A DNA stretch of 64,000 nucleotides, taken from positions 24,100-88,099 of the forward strand of contig JAVBMG010000003.1 of NCBI GenBank assembly GCA_031552815.1, in the 5' to 3' direction. This document shows positions 20,347-29,816 of the stretch, one piece after another (within the stretch, counting starts at the first letter, position 1; each line of letters starts with the position of its first letter). The notes below the pieces were generated by a model. That model was not told the DNA's origin, made no database searches, and was given only the letters and a program-made list of their open reading frames with translations. The stretch comes from Opitutales bacterium (GTDB lineage: Bacteria > Verrucomicrobiota > Verrucomicrobiia > Opitutales > JAVBMG01). A program made the translations under genes and the position numbers.

Positions 20347-20495
20347 ACTGAACAGGATATTATTGATGAACCAGAGCAACGGCAAAGACGTTGCTCATGC
20401 GTTATACAAGGTTCTTCAGGGAAAGGTTTGGTATGAAAGCTGATTGCTGACTCCTCTCGGCGAAGTTTATGGCTGCATCAGTATGGATAGAGTTC
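20339..20495 (+). pseudogene. Decayed 5' remnant of the Dph6-like ATPase gene
   Basis: TTGATGAACCAGAGCAACGGCAAAGACGTTGCTCATGCGTTATACAAGGTTCTTCAGGGAAAGGTT..TTGCTGACTCCTCTCGGCGAAGTTTAT..ATCAGTATG is colinear with 21379-21501, with a stop/indels. Confidence 0.8.
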
Positions 20496-20603
20496 ATGCA
20501 GACTCATGCTTTTCTATCATCGAAATATCGAATTCCGATTAAGGTGATTGTAAAATACCGGATATATGATAATGTAGTATCATAAGTTTAACTATTTGCA
20601 ATT

Positions 20604-21362
20604 ATGAGTAACGACCTAGAAAAATATCCATCACTGGCCAAGCCACGGTTGAGTCATACAGTTACGCAGTCTATTTTAGATGCGATTAAAGTCGGTAAGT
20701 ACAAACGTGGCGATAAACTGCCATCTGAAGAATTTCTTTCGCAGGAATATAAAGTAAGCAGAACGGTTGTCCGGGAATCAATAAAGCAACTGGAAGCGCT
20801 TGGTATTTTACAGACGATTACGGGAAGCGGCAGTTATGTACGATCCCTGGAATTCAATCAGCTGGAACGGCTATTCAGCCTCTTCATGGTATTGGCTTCC
20901 GACCATACAACCGTGCTTGAGCTTTTTGACTTGCGGGCGACGGTTGAAATCTACGCCGTGCAATTATTGGCAAGAAGGAACGAGGAAATTTCCCTGCGTC
21001 CGCTGGAAATCGAGCTCAGGAAAATGCGAGAAGCGATAAGTAACAGGGAGAAATTCAAGGACAAAGAAAGGGAGTATGGAGATGATCTGGTTCGTCACCT
21101 GGAAACGTTTCATCGTGCCATCGTGGATGCTACCGGCAACAAGTTGTTCCGTGCGGTTGTGTCTGCGTTTATTGACAATTGGAAAACAGTTTACAGACTT
21201 CCTTCATATTATCCGGAGGAATTGCCCAAAAAACTGATTGATCAGATGGACATTGTTTATCAGGCGATACGGCAAGGCGACGCCGGTGAAGCAGCTAAGG
21301 CGATGAAGATTTATATGCGCGACGCGAGAGAATACGTTTATACGGATAATTTCATTGGCTGA
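20604..21362 (+). CDS. GntR/FadR-family transcriptional regulator, copy 3
   Basis: Same architecture as copies 1 and 2; overlaps the start of the next gene. Confidence 0.93.
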   Translation: MSNDLEKYPSLAKPRLSHTVTQSILDAIKVGKYKRGDKLPSEEFLSQEYKVSRTVVRESIKQLEALGILQTITGSGSYVRSLEFNQLERLFSLFMVLASDHTTVLELFDLRATVEIYAVQLLARRNEEISLRPLEIELRKMREAISNREKFKDKEREYGDDLVRHLETFHRAIVDATGNKLFRAVVSAFIDNWKTVYRLPSYYPEELPKKLIDQMDIVYQAIRQGDAGEAAKAMKIYMRDAREYVYTDNFIG

Positions 21363-22065
21363 GCTGAAAAAGAGATCATTGATGAACTGGAGCGGCGGCA
21401 AGGACGCTGCTCTTGCTTTACATAAGGTTCTCCAGGAAAAGGTTATGGACGTAAGCTATTTGCTGACTTCTCTCAGCGAAGCTTATGACCGTATCAGTAT
21501 GCATGGCGTTCGTTCTGCATTGCTGGAAAAACAGTCGCAAAGCATCGGCATTGATCTGGTCCCGTTAAAACTACCGGAGCCCTGCGATCTTAAAAAGTAC
21601 GAGGAGATCATGGGAAACATGTCGGACCGATTTAAAAGAGAAACGATACGTTATTCCATTTTCGGAGATATTTTTTTGGAAGATATAAGAACGTACCGTG
21701 AGACGCAGTTAGCCGGATCGGGTATTTCACCGGTTTTTCCGTTATGGAAGTTACCGTCCGAGCAAGTGATCAGGGAGTTTCTCGATTCAGGATTCAAGGC
21801 CGTTCTTGTTTGTGTGAATGCAAAAAAACTAGGGCGGGAATTTGTTGGACGGGAACTGGACGAATCACTGATCAACGATTTGCCGAAGGATGTTGATCTT
21901 TGCGGGGAGAACGGGGAATACCATAGTTTTGTCTATGACGGTCCGATTTTTAAACACCCGATTAAAATCAAACGTGGCGAGATCACGTATCGGGAATATA
22001 AGGGAAGCAGGGACGGAGAGTCATGGGAATCGTGTCATTACTATTGTGACTTGTTGCCGGGATGA
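21355..22065 (+). CDS. Dph6/MJ0570-like PP-loop ATP-binding protein (diphthine-ammonia ligase family)
   Basis: WSGGKD PP-loop, RISMHGV, FGDIFLEDIR, FPLW, DLCGENGEYHSFVYDGPIF. Confidence 0.88.
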   Translation: MAELKKRSLMNWSGGKDAALALHKVLQEKVMDVSYLLTSLSEAYDRISMHGVRSALLEKQSQSIGIDLVPLKLPEPCDLKKYEEIMGNMSDRFKRETIRYSIFGDIFLEDIRTYRETQLAGSGISPVFPLWKLPSEQVIREFLDSGFKAVLVCVNAKKLGREFVGRELDESLINDLPKDVDLCGENGEYHSFVYDGPIFKHPIKIKRGEITYREYKGSRDGESWESCHYYCDLLPG

Positions 22066-22130
22066 TGGATTGAAATTGACATAATCTGCTGTGTCGGAAA
22101 TATGAAACAAACATTCCTTAATCATCTATT

Positions 22131-23267
22131 ATGGCACACGACAGCCCTTATTCAAAAGATAGTCCGTTTGCGGCAAAATTGCTGAAAAATATTAATTTGA
22201 GCGGCGAAAACTCCGGCAAGGAAATCCGTCACTTCGAAATCTCGCTTTCCGGGTCCGGCCTGAACTATGAGGTCGGAGATGCGCTTGGCGTGGTGCCGGC
22301 GAATGAACAATGCGTAGTCGATGAATTGCTTGCTGTCACAGGCTTTAATAAAGATGCGACGGTTGTATGGAATGGAAAGAATAAGACTTTGCAGGAGCTT
22401 TTCTTCAATGATCTGGACATCACCGCACTGAGTAAGGTTCTTGTCAAAAAGTACCAGGAGCTGACGCAATCCGCTGATCTGCTAACACTGATCAATGATC
22501 CGGATACCGAAAAACTGACAAATTATGTTTACGGCCGTGATCTTGCTGACTTGATTCGTGATTATCCCTGCACGACGCTTACTCCCGAAGGATTGGTCAG
22601 CATTTTGCGAAAGATACCGCCTCGCCTTTATTCCATTGCTTCCAGTATCAAGGCGCACCCGGAACAGGTTCATCTGACGGTCGGTATTGTCCGTTATGAT
22701 GCTCACGGACGCAAGCGTAACGGAGTGTGTTCCAGTTATTTATCCGATCGTATTGCGGAAGGAAAAACAGTTCCCTGTTATGTGCATAGTAATCCGCGTT
22801 TCCGTTTGCCCGCAGACAGTAACGTTCCCGTTATCATGGTTGGTCCGGGAACCGGTATTGCTCCATTCCGCGCGTTTCTTGAAGAACGCAAGGCGACGAG
22901 TGCAAAGGGTAAAAACTGGCTTTTCTTCGGCGACCGTAGTGAGAAAACCGATTTCATTTACCGTGATGAACTTGAAGCTTATCAGAAATCAGGATTATTG
23001 ACTCACCTGAGTCTGGCATGGTCTCGGGACCAGGCACAAAAGATCTACGTACAAAACAAGATGCTGGAACAGAGCAAGGAGTTTTATGCCTGGTTGCAGG
23101 CGGGCGCTTATTTCTATATTTGCGGGGACGCAAGCCGCATGGCAAAGGATGTGCATCAGGCGCTTATTGATATTGTCTGCAAGGAAAGCAGTTGTTCTCC
23201 TGCCGATGGCGAGGCGTACATTAAAAACCTTGTCAAAGAAAAGCGTTATCTCAAAGACGTTTATTGA
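22131..23267 (+). CDS. cysJ: Sulfite reductase flavoprotein-like (CysJ FAD/NADPH module, no flavodoxin domain)
   Basis: RLYSIASS, GVCSSYL, MVGPGTGIAPFR, WLFFG, YICGDASRMAKDV, RYLKDVY; only 378 aa. Confidence 0.8.
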   Translation: MAHDSPYSKDSPFAAKLLKNINLSGENSGKEIRHFEISLSGSGLNYEVGDALGVVPANEQCVVDELLAVTGFNKDATVVWNGKNKTLQELFFNDLDITALSKVLVKKYQELTQSADLLTLINDPDTEKLTNYVYGRDLADLIRDYPCTTLTPEGLVSILRKIPPRLYSIASSIKAHPEQVHLTVGIVRYDAHGRKRNGVCSSYLSDRIAEGKTVPCYVHSNPRFRLPADSNVPVIMVGPGTGIAPFRAFLEERKATSAKGKNWLFFGDRSEKTDFIYRDELEAYQKSGLLTHLSLAWSRDQAQKIYVQNKMLEQSKEFYAWLQAGAYFYICGDASRMAKDVHQALIDIVCKESSCSPADGEAYIKNLVKEKRYLKDVY

Positions 23268-23286
23268 TCCTTCTGATTTTTATTCC

Positions 23287-23317
23287 AAGGCGGTAGCATA
23301 ATGTTGCCGCCTTTTTT
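23287..23317 (+). terminator. Intrinsic terminator built from an exact motif and a variant copy
   Basis: AAGG-CGGTAGCAT-A-ATGTTGCCG-CCTTTTTT. Confidence 0.85.
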
Positions 23318-23370
23318 ATTTACAAATAAGCAGGGTGTGTTTCAATTCCCTGTCTTTGTAATACTCATTT

Positions 23371-25755
23371 ATGAATAATAACTCTGTTCACAAGCGTGGA
23401 ACTGTTATCAGTTCCAAAACTGTTTATTTACCCGAAAGGACTATCCAGAAGGGATGTTTATCTTTCCCAAAGCTAAGCTATGCCATGTTACTGGCTGGCT
23501 TGACTGCATTCACGGTATCCTCCAATGCGGCAGATGTGACCTGGAATGGAAGCCAGAGTAATGATTGGTTTGATGGTGCTAACTGGGATGGAGGAAGCCG
23601 ACCCTTGTCCGCAGACAATGCTTATATTAATAATGGAAGTATTGAGATTGACAGATATTATGCTCAGACAAGGTTCATGTATCTTGGAAATGAACCCGAT
23701 TCGAATGCCACATTGACCGTGAAAAATGAAATTACCTGGGAAAATTTTTCAACGGTTTATGTGGGTTATTCGGGCATCGGTAATTTGAATATTACAAATG
23801 GGGCAAGATCCTATACCTATGGAACTTACATCGGTTATAATGCTGGATCCAGCGGAAAAGTCGTGATTGATGGAACCAATTCCAAATGGGAGATTTATAA
23901 CAATAATCCACTTCAAGTGGGTGTTTGGGGATCGGGTGAAGTAAGTTTACGTAATGGAGGATCTTTATTGGCTACATTTGGGTTGAGCGCTCGAATCGGG
24001 AAGGAGGCAGGATCAACAGGTACCATAAATGTGGACGGAGCCGGATCACTATGGAAGAATAATGGATGGCTATATCTGGGGGATGCGGGAACAGGGACTC
24101 TGAATGTTTCAAAGGGAGGTTCAAGTATTAACGCAACGGTATTTGTCGGTAACCAGGAAAATGCTATTGGCAATGCAACCGTGGATGGGTCTGGTTCCTC
24201 TTGGACGGCTGACTATGGATATATCGGTAATTACGGGAAGGGAACGACTGTCATCCGGAATGGAGGCTATGCATCCATTTCAAGTTGCTATCTTGCCTAT
24301 TACGCAGGATCCGAAGGAAACGTGACTGTATCCGGCGTCGGTTCAAAATTAAACGCTAATTATTATTTGTATGTTGGATACGAAGGCTCGGGTACACTGG
24401 ACATTAAGGATGGAGGATCTGTTGCTGTACAAATGGAGTCATATATCGGTGTTGTTGCGAATTCAAACGGAACTGTAACAGTCAGCGGTGTTGGTTCCCA
24501 ATTGGAAACAGTGAAGATGATAACCATCGGTAGTCGCGGCAACGGTACCTTAAATATTTCAGGAGGTGGAACGGTTGTTGCAAAAATGACATTAATCGGT
24601 GCCTGGAATATTGCAGGTGAAGCGAGCGGTTTTGCCACGGTAGATGGCGCTGGTTCACTGCTGAGCAGTGAAGAGGTTACGGTTGGTCGATATAGTGGAG
24701 GACAAGGCGTGCTGAACATCACAAATGGCGGTGCCGTTGTCAGTACCTATGCGTTCATAAGCGATGGTAACTACAATTCGAAAGCTGTCGTCACTATTGA
24801 TGGTAGCAATTCCAGATGGGAGTCCGGTTCAATGGATATCGGTTTGGGGAGCGGCGGTGAAGGGACGTTGACTGTTTCGAATAGCGGAACAGTTAAATCA
24901 TCTACTTACGTCTCAACAAGCAGTAAGAGCAGAATTAATATTGGCGCTTCTGCGGACAAAGCAGCGGTTTCTGCAGGTATTATTAATGCGCCTGTCGTGA
25001 ACGGTTACGGAACGCTACAGTTTAATCATACCGCAACAAAAGATAATGCATATTATTTCACAAACAATGGTACGAACTCCGGTGTCGCCGTTAATACGAG
25101 TGGGAGCATGCAAATCATTCATACATCCGGAGTTACCGTATTGACAGGTTCTTATGCCCATACGGGCGGTACGACGATAAACGGTGGAAATCTTGTGCTT
25201 GCCGAAGGATCGGCGTTGGCTGGCAATGTGATCGTAAATACCAGTGCAAAACTTTCCGGGCTGGGAACAGCGAGCGGTAACGTGGTCATCAATGACGGAG
25301 GCACTTTGTTGATGGAAGATCACGGTTCTTCCGGTTTTCGCCTATTCAGTGTTTCCGGATTAACGATTAATAACCTTACTCTGAACAACGGCAGTATCCT
25401 GGATTTTCAAGGAGGTTTGTTGACGGTTAACGGGATACTGACGGTAAATTCCGGTGATGTCATAATGGTTAATCTCCATGACTATACAGACGGGGATACG
25501 ATTACACTGATGACCTTTGGCGACTTGAGCAGCCAGTCCGGTATAACCATGGATACGGATGCCAATACGCTTTTCACGCTTAATGGCGGTTATTCGTATA
25601 ATGGGGTATTTAACTTCCGCAATGACGGTGGCGTTTACAGCCTGGTATATGGGGAAACCATTCCTACGCCTGAACCTACGACAGGAAGCCTTTTTCTCGG
25701 AACACTAGCGTTGGGCGGCGCATTTATTTGCCGTCGCAACCGTCGGAGAATGTAA
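23371..25755 (+). CDS. PEP-CTERM-sorted surface protein with T5SS/PEP-CTERM-associated beta-helical repeats
   Basis: TWNGSQSNDWFDGANW start, repeated G-x-V-T-V-[SD]-G-x-GS-x-W...G-x-G-x-L-x-I-x-x-GG units, GGTTINGGNL autotransporter-type repeat, C-terminal TPEP + hydrophobic helix + RRNRRR. Confidence 0.88.
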   Translation: MNNNSVHKRGTVISSKTVYLPERTIQKGCLSFPKLSYAMLLAGLTAFTVSSNAADVTWNGSQSNDWFDGANWDGGSRPLSADNAYINNGSIEIDRYYAQTRFMYLGNEPDSNATLTVKNEITWENFSTVYVGYSGIGNLNITNGARSYTYGTYIGYNAGSSGKVVIDGTNSKWEIYNNNPLQVGVWGSGEVSLRNGGSLLATFGLSARIGKEAGSTGTINVDGAGSLWKNNGWLYLGDAGTGTLNVSKGGSSINATVFVGNQENAIGNATVDGSGSSWTADYGYIGNYGKGTTVIRNGGYASISSCYLAYYAGSEGNVTVSGVGSKLNANYYLYVGYEGSGTLDIKDGGSVAVQMESYIGVVANSNGTVTVSGVGSQLETVKMITIGSRGNGTLNISGGGTVVAKMTLIGAWNIAGEASGFATVDGAGSLLSSEEVTVGRYSGGQGVLNITNGGAVVSTYAFISDGNYNSKAVVTIDGSNSRWESGSMDIGLGSGGEGTLTVSNSGTVKSSTYVSTSSKSRINIGASADKAAVSAGIINAPVVNGYGTLQFNHTATKDNAYYFTNNGTNSGVAVNTSGSMQIIHTSGVTVLTGSYAHTGGTTINGGNLVLAEGSALAGNVIVNTSAKLSGLGTASGNVVINDGGTLLMEDHGSSGFRLFSVSGLTINNLTLNNGSILDFQGGLLTVNGILTVNSGDVIMVNLHDYTDGDTITLMTFGDLSSQSGITMDTDANTLFTLNGGYSYNGVFNFRNDGGVYSLVYGETIPTPEPTTGSLFLGTLALGGAFICRRNRRRM

Positions 25756-25771
25756 TCTGTTTCGGGATAAT

Positions 25772-25808
25772 AAAAAGGCGGTAGCATGAATGTTACCGCC
25801 TTTTTTTT
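25772..25808. terminator. Bidirectional terminator built from a motif pair
   Basis: AAAAAGG-CGGTAGCAT-GA-ATGTTACCG-CCTTTTTTTT between convergent genes. Confidence 0.88.
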
Positions 25809-25823
25809 GTTTTCGAAAATGAA

Positions 25824-28403
25824 TTAAGGTAAATCAGGTTTATCAAGGTTCTTTATCCGGATATTTCTGAATTTAACCACCGGACCGTCATGCCCCATGA
25901 ACATGAGATCGCCGATATCATTGGTTAACGGGGCAAATGTGTCCTGGCGGGAATGGTCTGCGTGCTTTTTCATTTCCCGAAGCGCGTCGTCCATGTTACC
26001 GTCGACAATGGTTGTTCCGTTGCTGATGACGGTACAATGTCTGCCCTCGAGTTTTATCACCATACTGTTCCATTCCCCAAGCTGTTTCAGCGTACCTGAT
26101 TTTGCAGGCATAATTCCGTAAAGGGATCCGTGAAGCTGGTAATCATGGATTTGTCCCTTATGCCATGAACCTTCATCATCAAGAATCTGTATTTCATTGA
26201 TTGCATTCCCTTTGGCGCGGAAACCGATTCCGTTGTTTGAATTCTCGGTGAAGGAGGTTTCAAATGAAAGTTCAAAGTTACCATACGGATAGTCGGAAAC
26301 GAGATAGGAATGCGATTTGCAGATCAGGACACCGTTTTCCCATACCCAAGGATGCTTATCCTTGTTTGAGGAGAAATGCCATCCTTCAAAGTCTTTTTCG
26401 TTAAAGAGAGCGCAATACCCGTTTTCATCGGGAAGAAGCGATATCGCTGCCGAAACGGTAGCATTACCCAATTGATCACGGACGGATGACAATGCATTCT
26501 CATAGGCTTTTCCGTTGCCGTCTTTTTGCTGAATGGCACGGATCGCCAATTGGCGGGGTAGTTTCACGAGGGTATTGAAAAAGAGCACTTTTGCTTCCGT
26601 TGTATTTAACAGAGGCAAGGATCCCGACAAGGCTGATTGCCTCAGTCGGGTAGATGTGTTTTCCTGAAAGGCAAGTGACAACGCCTTGGTAACAGCGGCA
26701 TCAGAAGCTATCCTGATAAGTGCAGGAATGGCTTCCGGATCGTCACAGGAGAGCAAGGCCGAACTTGCTTCCGTAACACCGGTACTGCTTTTGCTTGCGA
26801 GAAAGTCAATGGCCTTGCTACCTCCGTTTTTTGCGAGCGCGACGAGCAGTTTCGTCTCATTGTCCTGATTGTATTGATTGATGATTTTTTCACTTACCGC
26901 ATCATGTTGGTTTGTTTCACGTGCAGCACGCGCAAGTGCCGCAATCATTTGGCTTTGCATGCTGCCGTCTGCCTGTTTTATTTGTGTTATGACGCTGTCC
27001 GTATTTCGAAGTGAAATAACTTTGTAGAGATTTTTCAGCGCTGCTGCTTTCAGTTTGGCATTTTTTCCGGCAGCCAATTGAAAAAAGGCATCCAGGCATT
27101 GTTCAATCCGTTTATCCGCAATAATCTCAAGCAAAAGAATGCGTTTGGATTCATTTTTGCTTTCATCTTGCACGCAAGCAAGAAGCGGAGCTACGTACAG
27201 TTCTTTCGAACTCATGAGAACGGTTTCCAAAGCCTGATTGTTCCAGTCATCCTTAATCTTGGACATCAGCAGTCCTGCAGTATTGTCATTGGTGATTTTT
27301 ACATACCCCTGCATAGCTGCGAGCGCGGTAGCATAGTCTTCCTTGCTGAAAAGTCCTTCGAGATCCGGCAGGATAGCAGTCCGTTTTCCCTCTGAAAGGA
27401 CATGGATATACATGATTTTGTTAGGAACGGTTTTAAACCTGTTCTCCGCTGCCTGATAGAGTAATTCATTGTTCAGGACGGGCAATGCTTCAAGTGCTTT
27501 CGCCTGTATGTCGATATCAGCATGGTTCAATGCCTCTTTGGCAAACGCGATTTGCCGTTCCTTGTTTGCGGATTGCATGTATAAGGAAAAAGCTTTGGCA
27601 ATCAATTGTGGTTCATGTGAAGTATTGAAAACACATTCGGCCAGAAAGCAGGCTTCTTCCCGATTTCCTTTCAATGCTACCGTTTGTCCGTAAACAAGCA
27701 TGGTGTTTTCAAAAAGTCTTTTGCGTTTTTGCGGGCTGGCGGAAGTAATATCAGCATCTTCGTTCAATGATTCCAGAGCGCGCTCATCACCCATTCGGGC
27801 CAGGGCATTGCGTACTGCCGACCTGAGGTCGATGTTTCTGGTTTTATCCATTGATTCAAACAGTGTGTCGGCAGCCGGAGTATAGCTGATGTTTCCGAGA
27901 TGGCGGACAATGGTTATGCGTGTTTGTTCGTTTGTTATCTGCGGGTAAAGGGATGTGAGTTTTTCTGCGATGTCAGCTTTCCATTGTATGCAAACCTGTA
28001 TGGCGCGTTCGCCGATACTGTCATCGTTGAAGTATGCGGATAACGGGCCGGAAAAGCTTGCATCACCGGCAATTCGGAGCTGGTTGAGGTAGAACAGTCG
28101 CATCGCATAGTGATCGGATTTTTCCAATGCGGTCAAAAGTTCGTTGGCATACGTCTTGCGATTGTCATTGTTTTTGCGTGCGGTTAATAAGGTCAGTTCA
28201 TTTAACTGAGCCGCAATATCCGGATTTGTTTCGTTTTCCGGGTTTTGTATGGAATTGCCTGCGATAAGTTTCCGTAATGTTTCCACGTTGTCTTCTTCAG
28301 CGGTAGCGGGAAACGGTAGCATTGCCAATGAAAGAAGGAACAGGGCCAAGCATCGTGGGTACTGTGACGGCAAGCGGGAAAGGAAAGAAAATATAAATGT
28401 CAT
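25824..28403 (-). CDS. Secreted HEAT/alpha-solenoid protein with C-terminal DUF1080 (3-keto-glycoside hydrolase-like) domain
   Basis: Signal peptide, helical repeats, then LFNEKDFEGW..W..ENGVL..YGNFEL..NNGIGFR..EIQILDD..HGSLYG..GEWN..GH..VKFRNIRIK. Confidence 0.82.
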   Translation of the reverse strand: MTFIFSFLSRLPSQYPRCLALFLLSLAMLPFPATAEEDNVETLRKLIAGNSIQNPENETNPDIAAQLNELTLLTARKNNDNRKTYANELLTALEKSDHYAMRLFYLNQLRIAGDASFSGPLSAYFNDDSIGERAIQVCIQWKADIAEKLTSLYPQITNEQTRITIVRHLGNISYTPAADTLFESMDKTRNIDLRSAVRNALARMGDERALESLNEDADITSASPQKRKRLFENTMLVYGQTVALKGNREEACFLAECVFNTSHEPQLIAKAFSLYMQSANKERQIAFAKEALNHADIDIQAKALEALPVLNNELLYQAAENRFKTVPNKIMYIHVLSEGKRTAILPDLEGLFSKEDYATALAAMQGYVKITNDNTAGLLMSKIKDDWNNQALETVLMSSKELYVAPLLACVQDESKNESKRILLLEIIADKRIEQCLDAFFQLAAGKNAKLKAAALKNLYKVISLRNTDSVITQIKQADGSMQSQMIAALARAARETNQHDAVSEKIINQYNQDNETKLLVALAKNGGSKAIDFLASKSSTGVTEASSALLSCDDPEAIPALIRIASDAAVTKALSLAFQENTSTRLRQSALSGSLPLLNTTEAKVLFFNTLVKLPRQLAIRAIQQKDGNGKAYENALSSVRDQLGNATVSAAISLLPDENGYCALFNEKDFEGWHFSSNKDKHPWVWENGVLICKSHSYLVSDYPYGNFELSFETSFTENSNNGIGFRAKGNAINEIQILDDEGSWHKGQIHDYQLHGSLYGIMPAKSGTLKQLGEWNSMVIKLEGRHCTVISNGTTIVDGNMDDALREMKKHADHSRQDTFAPLTNDIGDLMFMGHDGPVVKFRNIRIKNLDKPDLP

Positions 28404-28410
28404 GGCAGGT

Positions 28411-29697
28411 TCAGATGTATTGGTTCCAGGGAGCGCGTGCTATCTGATTTACGAAGCAATCGGCGGTAACATCATTCGTAAAACGCCAGTTGTCAGGATC
28501 GAAATCCAGAGCGTGTCCGGTTCTGATAGCGGCATTGGCCATGTGAACCAGGAGATTGCTTCTGGCCGAACTGTCTTCGTTCAAGGCGAACGGTTGGCGG
28601 TTGCGGATACAGTCAACGAAGTCCGCATTCTGCGGTTCCGGATCAGGAAGACGGTCAACCTCCCGAACCAGATCCGGCGGGTCTGTGCGAAAACCAAGAT
28701 AGAGTTTGCCTTTCGGGCCTTCAACGAGCGGTTGCCCCGGTTTTTTCTCCGCAAGTTCGGACTCGAGAATGATTTCACAGCCGTCTGCGTAAGTGAGCTT
28801 TACGGATTTCCAGTTGGGTGTGACAATGAACGGATGCGACGGAGCAACGGTATCTGCTTCAACACGGACCGGGCTCTCATTGTCCTTGCCGAGAAAGTAT
28901 TGGACGGGATCAAGGAAGTGCTGACCCATGTCTGCCAATCCGCCCCCGTCATAATCCCAATAGCCGCGGAAACGTTCGTCCACTCGCTTGCTGTTAAAGA
29001 AGCGTTGGGGTGCCGGGCCAAGCCACAAGTCGTAATCAAAGCCGTTTGGTATCGGTTCTGGTGTTAATCCCGCTTGTCCTTGCCAGAGCCTTATTTTCCA
29101 GTCAATCCCGGAGCCTTGTGTCAGGTAAAAGCGCAAGGGCCAACCGAGGAGGCCGCTCTGGCAGAGCTTTTTGATTTTCCGGGATGGGCCGAAATTATAA
29201 TAGTCGGTATCACCGATGCGAAACCAGGTATTGATACGGAAAATACGGTTATACGCCTTGATTGCATCCACGACTTTTCTCGTTTCCCCGACCGTGCGGG
29301 TCATCGGTTTTTCAAGGAAAACATCTTTTCCGGACTGGGCAGCCATGATTGCCATGACAGCATGCCAGTGCGGAGGCGTGGCAATATGGACAACATCGAC
29401 ATCCGTTCTGTCCAGAATATTTCTGAAGTCATTATACGGAGTGGATTTCGGGAAATATTCTCTCGCGTAACGGTTGCGCCTTTCTTCGCGGACATCGCAT
29501 ACGGAAACGCATTGAAGCCGTTTATCATTGTCGATGATGCTCCGGTGAAGTCCGGCAATGTTTCCGCAGCCGATTAAACCGACATTGATTTTATCGTTGG
29601 CGGCCACATAGCCTTTCCCTCCGAGAATATGGCGCGGTATGATTTGGAATGCCGCCAACGACATGGCGCACTTAGTCAGGAATTTTCTGCGGTTCAT
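28411..29697 (-). CDS. Gfo/Idh/MocA-family oxidoreductase with Tat signal
   Basis: MNRRKFL Tat motif, IGCGNIA, IATPPHWH, EKPMT, DLWLGPAP, FRGYWDYDGGGLADMGQH. Confidence 0.9.
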   Translation of the reverse strand: MNRRKFLTKCAMSLAAFQIIPRHILGGKGYVAANDKINVGLIGCGNIAGLHRSIIDNDKRLQCVSVCDVREERRNRYAREYFPKSTPYNDFRNILDRTDVDVVHIATPPHWHAVMAIMAAQSGKDVFLEKPMTRTVGETRKVVDAIKAYNRIFRINTWFRIGDTDYYNFGPSRKIKKLCQSGLLGWPLRFYLTQGSGIDWKIRLWQGQAGLTPEPIPNGFDYDLWLGPAPQRFFNSKRVDERFRGYWDYDGGGLADMGQHFLDPVQYFLGKDNESPVRVEADTVAPSHPFIVTPNWKSVKLTYADGCEIILESELAEKKPGQPLVEGPKGKLYLGFRTDPPDLVREVDRLPDPEPQNADFVDCIRNRQPFALNEDSSARSNLLVHMANAAIRTGHALDFDPDNWRFTNDVTADCFVNQIARAPWNQYI

Positions 29698-29816
29698 AAG
29701 CAAGCGTATTGTATTGGGTGATAATAGTCTGGAAACTCCGGCAAGCAAGAACTGTTGCACAATCAAAGTAAACAGTTCTTTTATTCACGGTTCCGGGACA
29801 GGTATTCTTTCGCCTG

